Source of the DNA: Sphaerodactylus townsendi
Lineage: Eukaryota
Assembly (NCBI RefSeq): GCF_021028975.2
Contig: NC_059428.1
Location: 84,444,001 to 84,508,000, forward strand
Length of the DNA: 64,000 nucleotides
Direction of reading: 5' to 3'
Below the pieces are notes generated by a model that saw only the letters and a program-made list of their open reading frames with translations, was not told where the DNA came from and did no database searches. The position numbers and the translations under genes were made by a program. Below are positions 39,232-50,240 of this stretch, piece by piece (position 1 is the first letter of the stretch; the number at the start of each line of letters is the position of its first letter).

Positions 39232-41169
39232 CTAGAAAAGACAAACAGAATTCTGAAGATGCCTTATGTCAGTATATGGAGAATATACAATGGGGTGAGA
39301 ATTTAATCTCAAGCAATATAATTGTATAGGGTTATAAGAAGTTGAGTTTGATTCAGCAGGAAAAGCTCTATTTTTGTTCAAGGAGTTCTGTTTGATCACT
39401 TCATCTTACAATTGTGAATCATCTTCTCTTAACCTCGAGCCAGACAAGTTGAACTCTGTTATATCCTGTTTCAAAGAAAGATAGAAGCTAAATTGAAGAT
39501 TAATCCACCAACACTTCCTGTATCTTCTTCCTGGACCACCCCAAAGAACAAGCTGGGACCAGCTTGTTCTCTGGGGTGGGCTTAGAGGGGGCTTCTCTTT
39601 TGTGTTGGCAAACAAGCAGATGCTCAAAGCTTTTATGCATAGCTTGGCTGGGGGTGGGGACAAAGAAAAAGGGGAAAACCAAGCTTACATGCTGAAAAAT
39701 AAATTTTCATTTAAAACAAAAGGAGCGTTTTCTCCTTGGGTTGCAACGGCTAGGGGTGGGGGCTGGGGGGAAAGTCTTTAATTTTTAAATCATTTCCTAA
39801 CTGACCAGACATACACAGCTCAATCGAGACTTCTTTTCATATCCATCTCTCGCTTGCTCATCTGTATACGTTGCAATTTTTCCCTCTTTCCCAAAGGATT
39901 TGTTCTACTTGTCTGTTTGCAAGTCCCCAGCACATTCAAACATGAGATTTTTCCCAGTCAAGAGGCAGAGACACACACCAATCATAGTCCAGTTGCACTT
40001 TTCTCTCGCTTTTGTTCTCTACAATGCAAGTCCATGTTTCTGCAAAGCAAGTGTTTGGGGGCTGAGGAGGAGGGAAAAGAAATGGAGTGGGTGAGGAGAT
40101 ACCGCTGGTAAGAGCAGGCGGTTGACTGGAGGGAAGGAGAGCTAATTGTGGCAGTGCAAGCAGAGAAAAGCAGCCCAAAAGCTCCGGCCAAACACAGACA
40201 CTGTGTCTGCTGCCATTTTCCTGTGAGGGTGGATGCGGAAGGAGTGGAACACGCACAAAGGAGTAAGTGATGCAACCTCCCACCAGCACCACCCCAATCT
40301 TGCCATGGGGAGGGGGGAATGTAATTCAGGAGGATTAGACAGAGGCTGGAGAAGGAGCCGAGAAGGAGCACCAAGATGTCTGGATCTAGATTTCTCTTTC
40401 CTCGCCTCATGTGAAGAGACTACTTCTGTGAAAAACACACACTTTTTTGTGCACACATAACTCCCCCCCCCCCGCCCCCCAAATCACTGGTCAACCTTTT
40501 GCAAGATCTGTCCTCACCTGGTTCTTTTTAAATTGCAATACATTTGCAAGTGCAGGAGCATGCACTCACAGACACTGAAGCATGCTCTGCTTCTCTTTCT
40601 TCTAGCCTGGCACTGGCTCTCCTAAGCCACCTCCAACCCACCCACCCCCGGGAATACTTTCTTCGCCGGAAGTATGCTGCTTCTGCCAAAGAACTTCCAA
40701 CAACTTTTTTCCCCCCTGAAACAAGGTACAGTTCCTTTCAGTAATAGGTATGAGTGACTTGGGTGCAACTTCTGATGTATTTTTGAGCATCGAGCACTTG
40801 TTCCTGACAGAACAATAAATTATATACAGGCATCCAAGAGATATACTTGCAGAATACAAAAAACAGAAGTAAACAAATGCATAGGATTCAGAACTACTAA
40901 ATAAATTGATATGTAAGCTAAACACCCAGTCTTGTGAGTGATGGCTACATCTGTTTTTTTGGCCAAGACATTTGTATTTGATTTGTGTTTAGTTTGATTT
41001 GCCAGATTATAGCTGCCTTAACAAAATACTGCAGGCCGACATGGTATAAGGGTTGGATTGTTGGACTAGAACTGAAGAACCCAGGTTCAAATCCCCAACA
41101 GTATCGTTGGCCGACCTTGGGCCAGTCATTCACTCACAGCCTAACCTTGCAAACCTAACCTCACAGCCC

Positions 41170-41251
41170 CAGGGGTGGACAACCTATGGCACTCCAGATG
41201 TTCATAGACTACAATTTGCATCAGCCCCCACCAGCATGGCCAATTGGCCAT
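41170..41251. mobile_element. half copy of the palindromic MITE, adjoining a SINE fragment (about 41040-41168)
   Basis: CAGGGGTGGACAACCTATGGCACTCCAGATG...CATGGCCAATTGGCCAT, ending just past the symmetry axis. Confidence 0.8.
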
Positions 41252-41398
41252 AACAATTTATGCTGAGAAATTCAAGAACTATTTTGCTTTTTAAAGTTTC
41301 TCTCTTTTGGATTTCAAGTAAAAGACCTTTAATTAGGAGACCAGCGAAAGGGGTTGTTATCCAACCTAACAAGATAGTTATGAAAATGAAATCTCTAC

Positions 41399-41541
41399 CT
41401 GCCAGCTCTCTTCCTTCTTCGCTGCCACCCTTTTCTTTTCTTATTGCTTGCTGTTGTGCAGCCAATGCTGTGAGTTGTGCAGACTGTTTAATCAGAGAGA
41501 CACGGTAGAAATAATTCCTCCAGAATACCTCTTCCTTTACA
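41399..41541 (-). CDS. SYAP1: SYAP1 exon 6 (BSD domain, C-part)
   Basis: [37 protein letters not shown]...ELA; contains the BSD FW..YF motif; 143 nt. Confidence 0.97.
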
Positions 41542-42058
41542 CTAAAGACAGAGATTTTATAATTTGATAAGTTTTTATATCAGTTTGGAAGCTATGGGAA
41601 GTAAGCTGTAAGGGACTTTCCCTAATAGACACAGAAATTTTTAAAAAAGATCTTATTAATATGCAACATTTGAATCCAATATGTAATATTTGTGTTTAAT
41701 GGAAAAACATATTTATAAAGAAAACAATAATTATAATTCTAAACACTAATTTTAACACTATATTGTACTTATTTCTGATTTTCTAATGTTATAACAATCT
41801 ATTTTTAATAAAGAAAAATAAATTGAAATGAAGATAATCAGATATCCAAAGAGGAGAAAATAATCAAAGTAAAAAAGAGTTATTTTTTTTTCTTTCCAAT
41901 AATTGTTAACATTTTCAGAGAGAAAACAAAATTATTATTTCTTATTTTTTGACGTGGTTAACAAATCTAAATGCAAGATTGCTATGATGGCAATGTCTAG
42001 TTCTACCTATTAACACTGAAGACATATCACACTTATGGGAACAGGACAGACATACCAT

Positions 42059-42250
42059 CAGAGGTGGGATCCAACCAGTTCTCACAACTTCTCTAGGAGT
42101 GGTTACTAATTTTTTCTGAGTGCCGAGAAGGGGTTACTAAAGCAACCTCCCTGCCCAATAGGGACTGGAGGTGCGTGTGTGCGGCGGTGTCACTGTTTGA
42201 ATCCTACCACCATCGGAACCTGTTATTAAAATTTTTGGATCCCACCACTA
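42059..42250. mobile_element. non-autonomous hAT element, 192 bp
   Basis: TIRs CAGAGGTGGGATCCAA / TTGGATCCCACCACTA; perfect 8-bp TSD CATACCAT on both sides. Confidence 0.9.
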
Positions 42251-43041
42251 CATACCATGGCCACCAGAATTAATAAATATATATGTAGAGTGCCTTAAAT
42301 ATCCATCTGTAGACCAATTTACGTGATCCTTGGTTGATAGATAAAGGATAGATTGCATATATTATGCTGGGGTCCCCAGACTTTTTGAGCTTGGAGGCAC
42401 CTTTGGAATTATGACACAGGGTGTTGGGTGCAACCACAAAAAAGCTGCCTAAGGAAGTGCAGCCAAACACAAACTGGTTGCCATAGCTTACCTTAAATCA
42501 GACAGTTAAGATCCATATGTATTGGGGGTAACTGCTGGCAAAGGACAGTCACTCAAATCTCCAATGGCCAATCAGAAGCCTAGCTGGGGAAAAGCCTATC
42601 TGCCCCGTGTGCTTTTAAAAACTCTTGGCAGGTACCAAGAGATGTATCAGCAGGCAGTATGTTGGAGACTCATGAATTATGCAAATGGCTTTATTTTTGT
42701 TAACACCTATATGTTGATGAAACTATTTGCTGGTGGGAACTAAGTTCACACGAAATCCTATGTCGAAACTCAAGAGGACATCTTCTTCAGAAATGGTCTA
42801 ATAATATCTGACAATATTGCAACAAATATCCTTTGAAAGCTAATTTAGATTTAATATTTAAATATAGTCTGTCGCTTTTCCATTTTGAGTAGCATGCCAT
42901 GAATTACCACATTTTATATGCAACTGGAAAACCAGATTATGTAATGCTGCAAGATAATGATAAAAGTTAACGTCTTACACATGAGCAGTTACTATTTCTT
43001 AGTTAGCCGCACACATTAAGAGATTTCTGAAGATTACTCAC

Positions 43042-43181
43042 TGTTTTGGGACCAGATCAAATCTCATTCGGTTTAGAAGCTCATCTTCCTGTAGCATTAC
43101 CAGTGCAACTGGATACATCTGATCAAAGTCAAAATTAAACTGAACCCCAGCTGGTGGATCACGTAGAAAGTTTCTTCTGTC
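43042..43181 (-). CDS. SYAP1: SYAP1 exon 5 (BSD domain, N-part)
   Basis: [46 protein letters not shown]; 140 nt. Confidence 0.97.
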
Positions 43182-43428
43182 CTTTGAAGAATAAAATGCA
43201 CTTGTCAGTCAAGGATGTAAATAAAGAGCTCTCTGAATGTATTACTCAGAGAAACACTTAGACTATTATATTGCTCTGCCAGAACACATAAGGAAAAATG
43301 GGTTTTGTTTTAGGAACTATTGCAATCCTACCAACTGTTTCATTAATTGCCACATAATAGTCTAGTCTACAGTCCTGTTTATGGTAAGAAAGAACTTAAA
43401 TTCAGATTTGCAAATAAAAAACCCTTAC

Positions 43429-43502
43429 TGCTGATAAGGCCAGTATTTGTTGCTGAATTGTTTCTTCTTCATTGCTGTCTACCCAAGGAGGCACAGCTGC
43501 TT
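43429..43502 (-). CDS. SYAP1: SYAP1 exon 4
   Basis: [25 protein letters not shown]; 74 nt. Confidence 0.96.
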
Positions 43503-43846
43503 CTGTGAATAAAAAGAGAATGTTTAAAATGTTTGCAGTTAAACTTAGTAGAGAGAATTACTGCTTCCTTAAACTGAAAAGCCAGGATCCATCAGGCAAT
43601 TAATCAGCTTGGATAATACTGTTTTTATTCTTGAATTTGTTGCAAATATCAAGACAGGCATCAGAAAACAATTCCTACGTAGCCTTTTGAGTTTGCAGGC
43701 ACATTTGGAATTGTGACACAGCTTGGTGGGTGTACTATGAAACACGATTACAAATGTCTCAACAATTTTAAGAAGTGAAGTCACGCATACCTAAAGGTAC
43801 ATGAAAATCTGTGCATGAAACTTTGTACGCCTGGTTATGACACCTT

Positions 43847-45312
43847 AAATCCAGATCTGGTTATGGAACAGAAATAGCCTTGGTCATCCTAGTGGATAGC
43901 TTGTTGTGAGAGGTGGACAGAAGGAGCGTGATGGTTGATTCTTCTGGACCTCTCAGTGGCTTTTGATAAGTTGACCCTGGTACCCTTCTGGACCACCTAT
44001 CTGGGTTGGAATTGAGAGGCACCATTTTTCAGTGGTTCTTGTCATACCTGGAGGGTTGGTTTCAGAAAGTGGGTTAGGGGATGGCTGCTTAGCCCCTTGG
44101 GATTTGGGGTCACACAAGGTTTGATTTTGTCCCTATGCTCTTTAACGTCTATATGACACTACTGTATGAGGTCATCTGGAGATTCAGGCTGGGCTGTCAC
44201 CAATGCACAGCTGACATTTTTATTCATTTACTGATTCAACTTAAAATAAACTCTTCCCCATATGGACTCAGAACAGCTTACAACAGTCAATTATATAAAA
44301 TTAGTAAGTAAAACATTCTCATCCACATTAAGCTCTATGTTGTGCTTCCAGCTAATCTCAGGGAGGCTGTAGAAACCATGAACCAGTATCTGGAGACAGT
44401 TTTGGAGTGGTGCAAGCTAATAAAAATTAAGCTTAATCCCAACAAGAGGAAAATGCTACCGGTGGACAGAAGGTCTGACCCTGAATTTAAGGTGTCATCT
44501 GTTCTGGATGAGGCTGTGCTACCCTTGAGGGAAGAGGTTTGCAGTTGGGGAGTACTCTTGGACCCAGACTTACTGCTGGATAAGTAGTTGGCAGCTGTGG
44601 CCAGAAATGCCTTTTGCCAGAGTTGACTAGGTAGCTAGCTATGGCCTTTCCTGGGAAGAAAAGATCTGGTCACTGTACTGCATGCCCTGCTTACATCTAG
44701 ATTAGATTACTGCAATGCACTCTACATGGGAATGCTCTTCAAATTGTTTGGAAACTTCAATTGGCACAGAATGCTGTAACCAGGATGTTGACTGAAGTGC
44801 CTTATGGGGACTATATTACTCCAGCCTTGGCCCTTCTACACTAGCTCCAATTTGTTTCTGGGCACAATTCAAGGTGATCATGACCTTCGAAGTCCTATAT
44901 GGTCTGGGACCAACATACTTAAAGGACCACCTACTCCATTGTGAACCTGCACAACTGCAAAGGCAATCTTCAGAAGCCCTGACCTTCTGAGATTAGGTGG
45001 ATGGCAACCCAGAGAGAGCTTTCTCTGTCATGGAACCAAAACTCTTCCCAGGGAGACTGAGCTGTTCTCTTCTAGTGTTGTTTTTTGAAAACCTCTTTGT
45101 TCTGTTTGGCATTTGCTCATTGACCCCACCTTCCTAATCAATTATTTAATTGTTATTGTTGTGTTTTGTATATTAACCTTGTTTGTAATTATGTTAATGG
45201 TGTATGTTAGAAAGGTTGATTTTAATGGGTTTAAAAGGTGATTTTATCATGTATGTTTTAAATTGTTAGCAATCATGGCAGCCTTTGTGAGGGCAGAAGG
45301 CAGACTATAAAG
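43847..45312 (+). mobile_element. 5'-truncated, decayed L2-clade LINE (RT to 3' UTR) with a small internal insertion at about 44215-44330
   Basis: Degenerate RT motifs GYGTEIALV, LLDLSVAFD, GVTQGLILSPMLFNVYM, KLNPNK, LVTVLHALLTSRLDYCNALY; many stops and frameshifts. Confidence 0.85.
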
Positions 45313-46011
45313 AAAGTGCAATATGAATGATGTTCTCAATGTGGTAGGTAGCATTTCCAAGCCAACCATATATACACATAACACATCTGTTTGCTACACC
45401 TGATTCAAGGAAGACCGCATGCCGTAAGTATTCAGCCCCAGTCATCACATGACAGAGAAACAGGATCAAAGATTCCAATTATTAGGAATTTCTCAATCTA
45501 ACTGAACATATGAAAGCAATTTATCTGTGTAGGATAGTTTTTAAGCTTTGAGAACTATGCATGCATAGGCATCATGTGCAGTTCTTTAAGCAATTGCAAA
45601 CAGTTGATCCTAGTCAAGGAATGGTTCTTCATAGCTATCTCTATCAGATTTCCTACCACAAATGTAATGTTTCCAATCATGCTTATACTGCTGCTATTTC
45701 ACTTCAGTGGGGTATGGGCAGGAATTTCCTGGTAATTCCCACCCATAATTTTTAAAGAAATACTAAAAACCCATTTTCACTTAAGAATGTAAGAAGTAAT
45801 CTGCTGAATAAGATCAGTGGTCTGTTTAGTTCCACATCCTGTTAATGAACCAGGTACCTGAAGACAAATATCCTAGGCACAGAGGCTTTCCCAATTTTAC
45901 CTCCTAGCACTAGTATTTCCTGTGAGAGAAGAGATTTTTCCCTTCCCCCAGCGCCTGCACAGATTGCCTTTTTGGGGATGATGATGTCCTCTGTCCCTGT
46001 TTCACTCACTG

Positions 46012-46157
46012 CAGTGGTGGCAAACCTTTGGCACTCCAGATGTTATGGACTACAATTCCCATCAGCCCCTGCCAGCATGGCCAATTGGTCATGCTGGCAG
46101 GGGCTGATGGGAATTGTAGTCCATAACATCTGAAGTGCCAAAGGTTCGCCACCACGG
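46012..46157. mobile_element. palindromic hAT-type MITE related to the 29539 copy
   Basis: Same core CTCCAGATGTT..ACTACAATTCCCATCAGCC..GCATGGCCAATTGG; near-perfect inverted repeat; degenerate 8-bp flanks. Confidence 0.88.
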
Positions 46158-46299
46158 CCCTACTGTTTCCCCTCCTACAAATAGTATTTTTATGCTTTTT
46201 GCTTTATGGTTTATGAAAAACATCTTAATTTTTGCTCAGTTCTATGGCAAGATGTTGTATGCTTTCTGTTACACCACTTCTGGATAACCACTCAAATCT

Positions 46300-46575
46300 G
46301 GGTTAACCAGGTTTGAATCGTCACTCTGCCATGGAAGCTTGGAGAACAAGGTTTGATTCCCCACTCCTCCACATGTGTGGTGGACTCTTATCTAGTGAAC
46401 TGAATTTCTTTCCCCGCACCTACTCAAGAAGCCTGTTGGGTGACCTTAGGCTAGTCACAGTTCTCTCAGAACTGTCTCAGCCCCACCTACCTCTTAAGGT
46501 GTCTGTTGTGGGGAGAGAAAGGGAAGGAATTTGTAAGCTGCTTTGAGACAGGATATAAATCCAAAACTCTTCTCG
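46300..46575 (+). mobile_element. tRNA-derived squamate SINE; the 3' tail of a relative lies on the minus strand at about 48497-48560
   Basis: B-box-like GGTTTGATTCCCC, CORE-like GGGTGACCTTAGGCTAGTCAC, tail ATAAATCCAAAACTCTTCT. Confidence 0.7.
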
Positions 46576-46769
46576 TGTTGTGTAATCCTGGTACAGTCAT
46601 ACTGTTTAATTTGCCTCACAGGTTGCTGTTGAGAGAGAACAATGTGAGCTACTTTGGGTTCACATTTGAGAGAAAGTTTGGGTATAGATAAAATGTATAA
46701 TAAGCATTTTAATATTCTCGGCTGCTTTAAAGCAATCTTATAAAGAAGATGATAGAATTATCTTCATTG

Positions 46770-46968
46770 GGGGTGGAAAATGCCATTAAGCTGCAGTTGA
46801 TTTAGGGTGACCGTAGAGTTTTTAAGAAACAAACAGAGGTGGTTTGCCATTGCATGCCTCTGCATAGCAACCTTGGACTTTCTAGGTGGTTTCCCATCCA
46901 AATACTAACTAGGGTCAACCCTGTTTAGCATCTGAGATCAGGCTAGCCTACCCTATCCAGGTCAGGGC
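46770..46968 (-). mobile_element. 5S rRNA-derived SINE (5S-Sauria-like)
   Basis: Minus strand CTGATCTCAGATGCTAAACAGGGTTGACCCTAGTTAGTATTTGGATGGGAAACCACCT aligns by eye to 5S rRNA CTGATCTCGGAAGCTAAGCAGGGTCGGGCCTGGTTAGTACTTGGATGGGAGACCGCCT; followed by GCAATGGCAAACCACCTCTG (Sauria-SINE-like). Confidence 0.8.
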
Positions 46969-47352
46969 TCATCTTCAGTAGTGACATGAAAACAGTACCG
47001 CTTTTGAATTACTAGCTAGGCCATGACAAGTTGCAAAATTAACCTTGTGTATCTATGCTCAGAACAATCATTAGAAAAAAAAACCCTAAACTTTTCTATG
47101 GATGACCTACCTCTGTATAAGATTAAAGAGAGAATGAAATTAACACAGTTGACTCACAGAAAATAAATACACAGAATCTGTAAGGCAAAGTCAAGCAGCC
47201 AGTAATTAAAGTGTTGATTAAAGAGTATGACAATGATGCTATTCTTTGAACTCTCATCCACAGACCTGTAGTAAAAAGTTAACAAAATAGGCATAAAAAG
47301 CTCCATTTGAGTGTTAGTTCAGCTTTATAAAGTAACCACATTTACACAATAC

Positions 47353-47419
47353 CTGATTTTTTGATGTGCTGCTGTTGAACAAATTTTTCTTGCTCCTTCT
47401 TAAAGTCTCCTATAATTGT
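47353..47419 (-). CDS. SYAP1: SYAP1 exon 3
   Basis: TIIGDFKKEQEKFVQQQHIKKS; 67 nt. Confidence 0.95.
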
Positions 47420-48197
47420 CTACAAGAAAAATTAAAGTTATTATAGAATTACAAAGAAGGGGTTCTAAATAGTCAAAACTTACTCCTGTTAAAAATGTTG
47501 GATACAATCTCTAAGCAAGAACAGCTCATGGAATGTGTGTGCATGGCCTTGAAATGCAAAGTCAAATGAATTCATAATATGCGAACCTATGCTTAATTTT
47601 AAATAGTGCACATAGGATGTGGTGGTTTAAATGCAGCTAAATTCTATACAAAGAGATGTTCAGGATCAATAAACAGCAGCATCCTTCGTGTCATTTGCTC
47701 CTAACTCGTCTACTGATGATCAAAGGCTGTGTTGGTAACCGTGCTTCAAACTGAATGTGCTGCGATACCTGGAGAGACAGGAATCGTGCTGGACTTGTAA
47801 ACCTAGAAGGTACATTGCCTAACATTATAGATCTGCCTGTCAGATCAATAGGATTGGAACTAAGATAATCTGGTAAAGCATGAACCTCTACGAAAAGACC
47901 CTCTACTGCTTGACCACCTGATTGCTAGGACCAAGGCCTCATGGGATTTTTGTGAGGCATAGTCTGTTTTTCTGTACAGGGGTCATTAATGGATCCCATT
48001 CTATCTGCCAATAATAGATCTGTCAATTATAGCTCTGCAGTAGAAGCATATGCTAGTGAAACTGGCAGCATTTCCATTGCATGCAGGGCTAAAGAGTATA
48101 GTTTCTTGGTACTATTGAGGATTTCTCCCTCTCATTACTAAGCATGTAAGAGTACATACAAGATTTCAGAATACACTATTTACAGTTGAGGCAGTAC

Positions 48198-48316
48198 CTT
48201 ATCAATGATCGTTTCTATTTTGCCTTCTTCAACAGACTTCTTTATTGTTTGGGCTGTTTCAGCAACTGATTCTGTTATCTTTTTTGTGGCCGTAGTGGCA
48301 AAATTGAACAGATAAC
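48198..48316 (-). CDS. SYAP1: SYAP1 exon 2
   Basis: [39 protein letters not shown]; 119 nt. Confidence 0.96.
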
Positions 48317-49075
48317 CTTTTAAAAATAAAAAAGATTGTGTAAACTAAGGATATTTCACTTTGAACTTCAGTAACTACCTAAAGCACAACTTCTTTGGCA
48401 GTTATCCACGTCTCAGAGTTACTTATTCATCATATCGCTTCCATGGATAACCCATAATAATCTCTACCACTGCAGATATGACAAATTCTTGATATGAAGA
48501 AGAGGAAGAGTTTGGATTTGTATCCTCCCTTTCTCTCCTGTAGGAGACTCAAAGGGGCTATGCAGAATAAACACACACTGTCTCAGGTTACAATTGTATG
48601 CTTAACTTACTTGAGAGTAAACCATACAGAAGTCAGTGGGACTTTTTTCTGAGTAAAACTACATATGAGGAGGGCTCTGTTCAATGGGGTCTATAGTTAC
48701 CAACAATCTAGAAGGAAAAATGGCCTTTTAATAATGTCTTAATATGCGAAAATGGGCAACTGTAACTTTTCACATAAGAAGATGACCTAATGAATCGTCC
48801 TTTAAACAGGCAGGTCATTTTCTTCCCTCCAGGCAGCTGCCATCCACACTCCTATGAGAGGGAATTAGCATGGCCAGAACTATAACTTTAAGGAGACCCG
48901 CGCAAAGAATGTCCGAACATGTCGGCTAAGGTGCCAAGTGGGAGAGGACAATGAATGACACTACTTAGGGGTAAATGGCAGCTTCTTAGAAGCACGGACA
49001 CTTGCGACACAGGAGGTGTTCGTGGCTCTAAGAGAGGGATGCTGACGGGTCAGGGTGAGCATGGGAGCCACTTAC

Positions 49076-49271
49076 TGCCGAGCCCTTTGGCCTGGTTAAG
49101 GAGTGGGTCCGCATCCACCTCCAGCTCCACCTGCTCCTGGCTCCGAACCGCCGCCTCCTCCTCAGGCGCCGCTTCTCCCTCCCCAGCCGCGGATTTCTCT
49201 TCCAGGGGAGGCGGTTTCGCTTCCTCCTCCGCCTGACCCATCCCAAACCAGCCGCTCAAGCCGCGCAACAT
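49076..49271 (-). CDS. SYAP1: synapse-associated protein 1 exon 1 (start codon)
   Basis: MLRGLSGWFGMGQ...LLNQAKGLG resembles the SYAP1 N-terminus (MFRGLSSWLG...LLHQAKDFG in human); A|GTAAGT donor; 196 nt. Confidence 0.93.
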
Positions 49272-50029
49272 CTCAACTCGACGCCCGGATCCCACCTCTC
49301 TTTTCCCCTGAACGCCTGAACCGACGGGGCAGAAAGAGGCCCCAGCGGCGGTGGAAAAATAAACGTTTGTTTCCGGAAAAGAAAGTTTAGTTATTTCCGG
49401 GTTGCGTCATCGTAGTACGTCACAAAGGAGGAGGGACGCTCTACGCGGCTTCTCTACTTCTCCGAGGGGAGCGGGAGGCCACATTGAGCTCCCCCTCCTT
49501 CACTCACCGTTTTACTGCGGGTTTTTTTTTTTTGGTTTTATTAAGAACTTTTGCAAATATAGTTAATTATTTTATTACATCACGTATCCCGTTGGTAGAT
49601 TTGGCTGGACAGTCTTTCTCTTCCTTGTACTGTGCTCAGCCGCACTGCCGTATCTTCTTGTTTTGCGAATCTTCGCTGTTAGGTTCAAATGTTGTTTTTT
49701 ATTCCTACTTTGTAATTTGCTTGCAGGTTAACTGCAGAGCTCTTATCGAGTTTGTCATCTGCTTTAAGTTCCGATGAAAAAGACACGCTCGCTAAATATG
49801 AGTTGTTGCCGCCGAGTTATGTGAACTGACAATCGGCTCAACATATCGTCTTGGGTAGCTATTTCCTCCGTTTAACTCACAGCTATTTTCTAGTATTTTT
49901 GTAATTCTATCCTGTCAAATATACCGTGAAAAGCAATTAAAAGCTCAAATGTAGCCGCCAGCGTCAGTTATTTTATCAAAACAATGTCCAGTGAGCCACC
50001 GTAGGAGTGCGTTTTTCCGTCAGCTGGGA

Positions 50030-50240
50030 GGGAAACCCGGTCAAGCCTCGGCGCTTCTGCTTGCGGGAGTTCAAGCGACCCGCCGCTCAGGTTGGAACGC
50101 GGGTCCCCCCCAACGGCCGTCGAGGGAACTGCAGGAGAGGTCTGCGCCGCCGGGGCAGGGGGAGGGGGCCGAGGGACCCGCGGCTTCTCCCATAGGCTCT
50201 TTGCCGCCGTTTCCGCCGCGTTCGCATCACCTGCCGCCAG
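50030..50240 (+). other. CTPS2: probable non-coding first exon of CTPS2 (5' end approximate)
   Basis: Strong donor CAG|GTAAGC at 50240/50241 inside the CpG island; the ATG exon is preceded by an acceptor at 52380-52381, so an upstream exon is needed. Confidence 0.65.

Noticed and set aside
46860-46968. Functional 5S rRNA gene
   Set aside because: Many substitutions, no intact 5' end or T-run terminator, and fused to a SINE body
47700-47940. C/D-box snoRNA candidate (CTGATGA...CTGA)
   Set aside because: The boxes are on the strand opposite the host SYAP1 transcript and no terminal stem is evident
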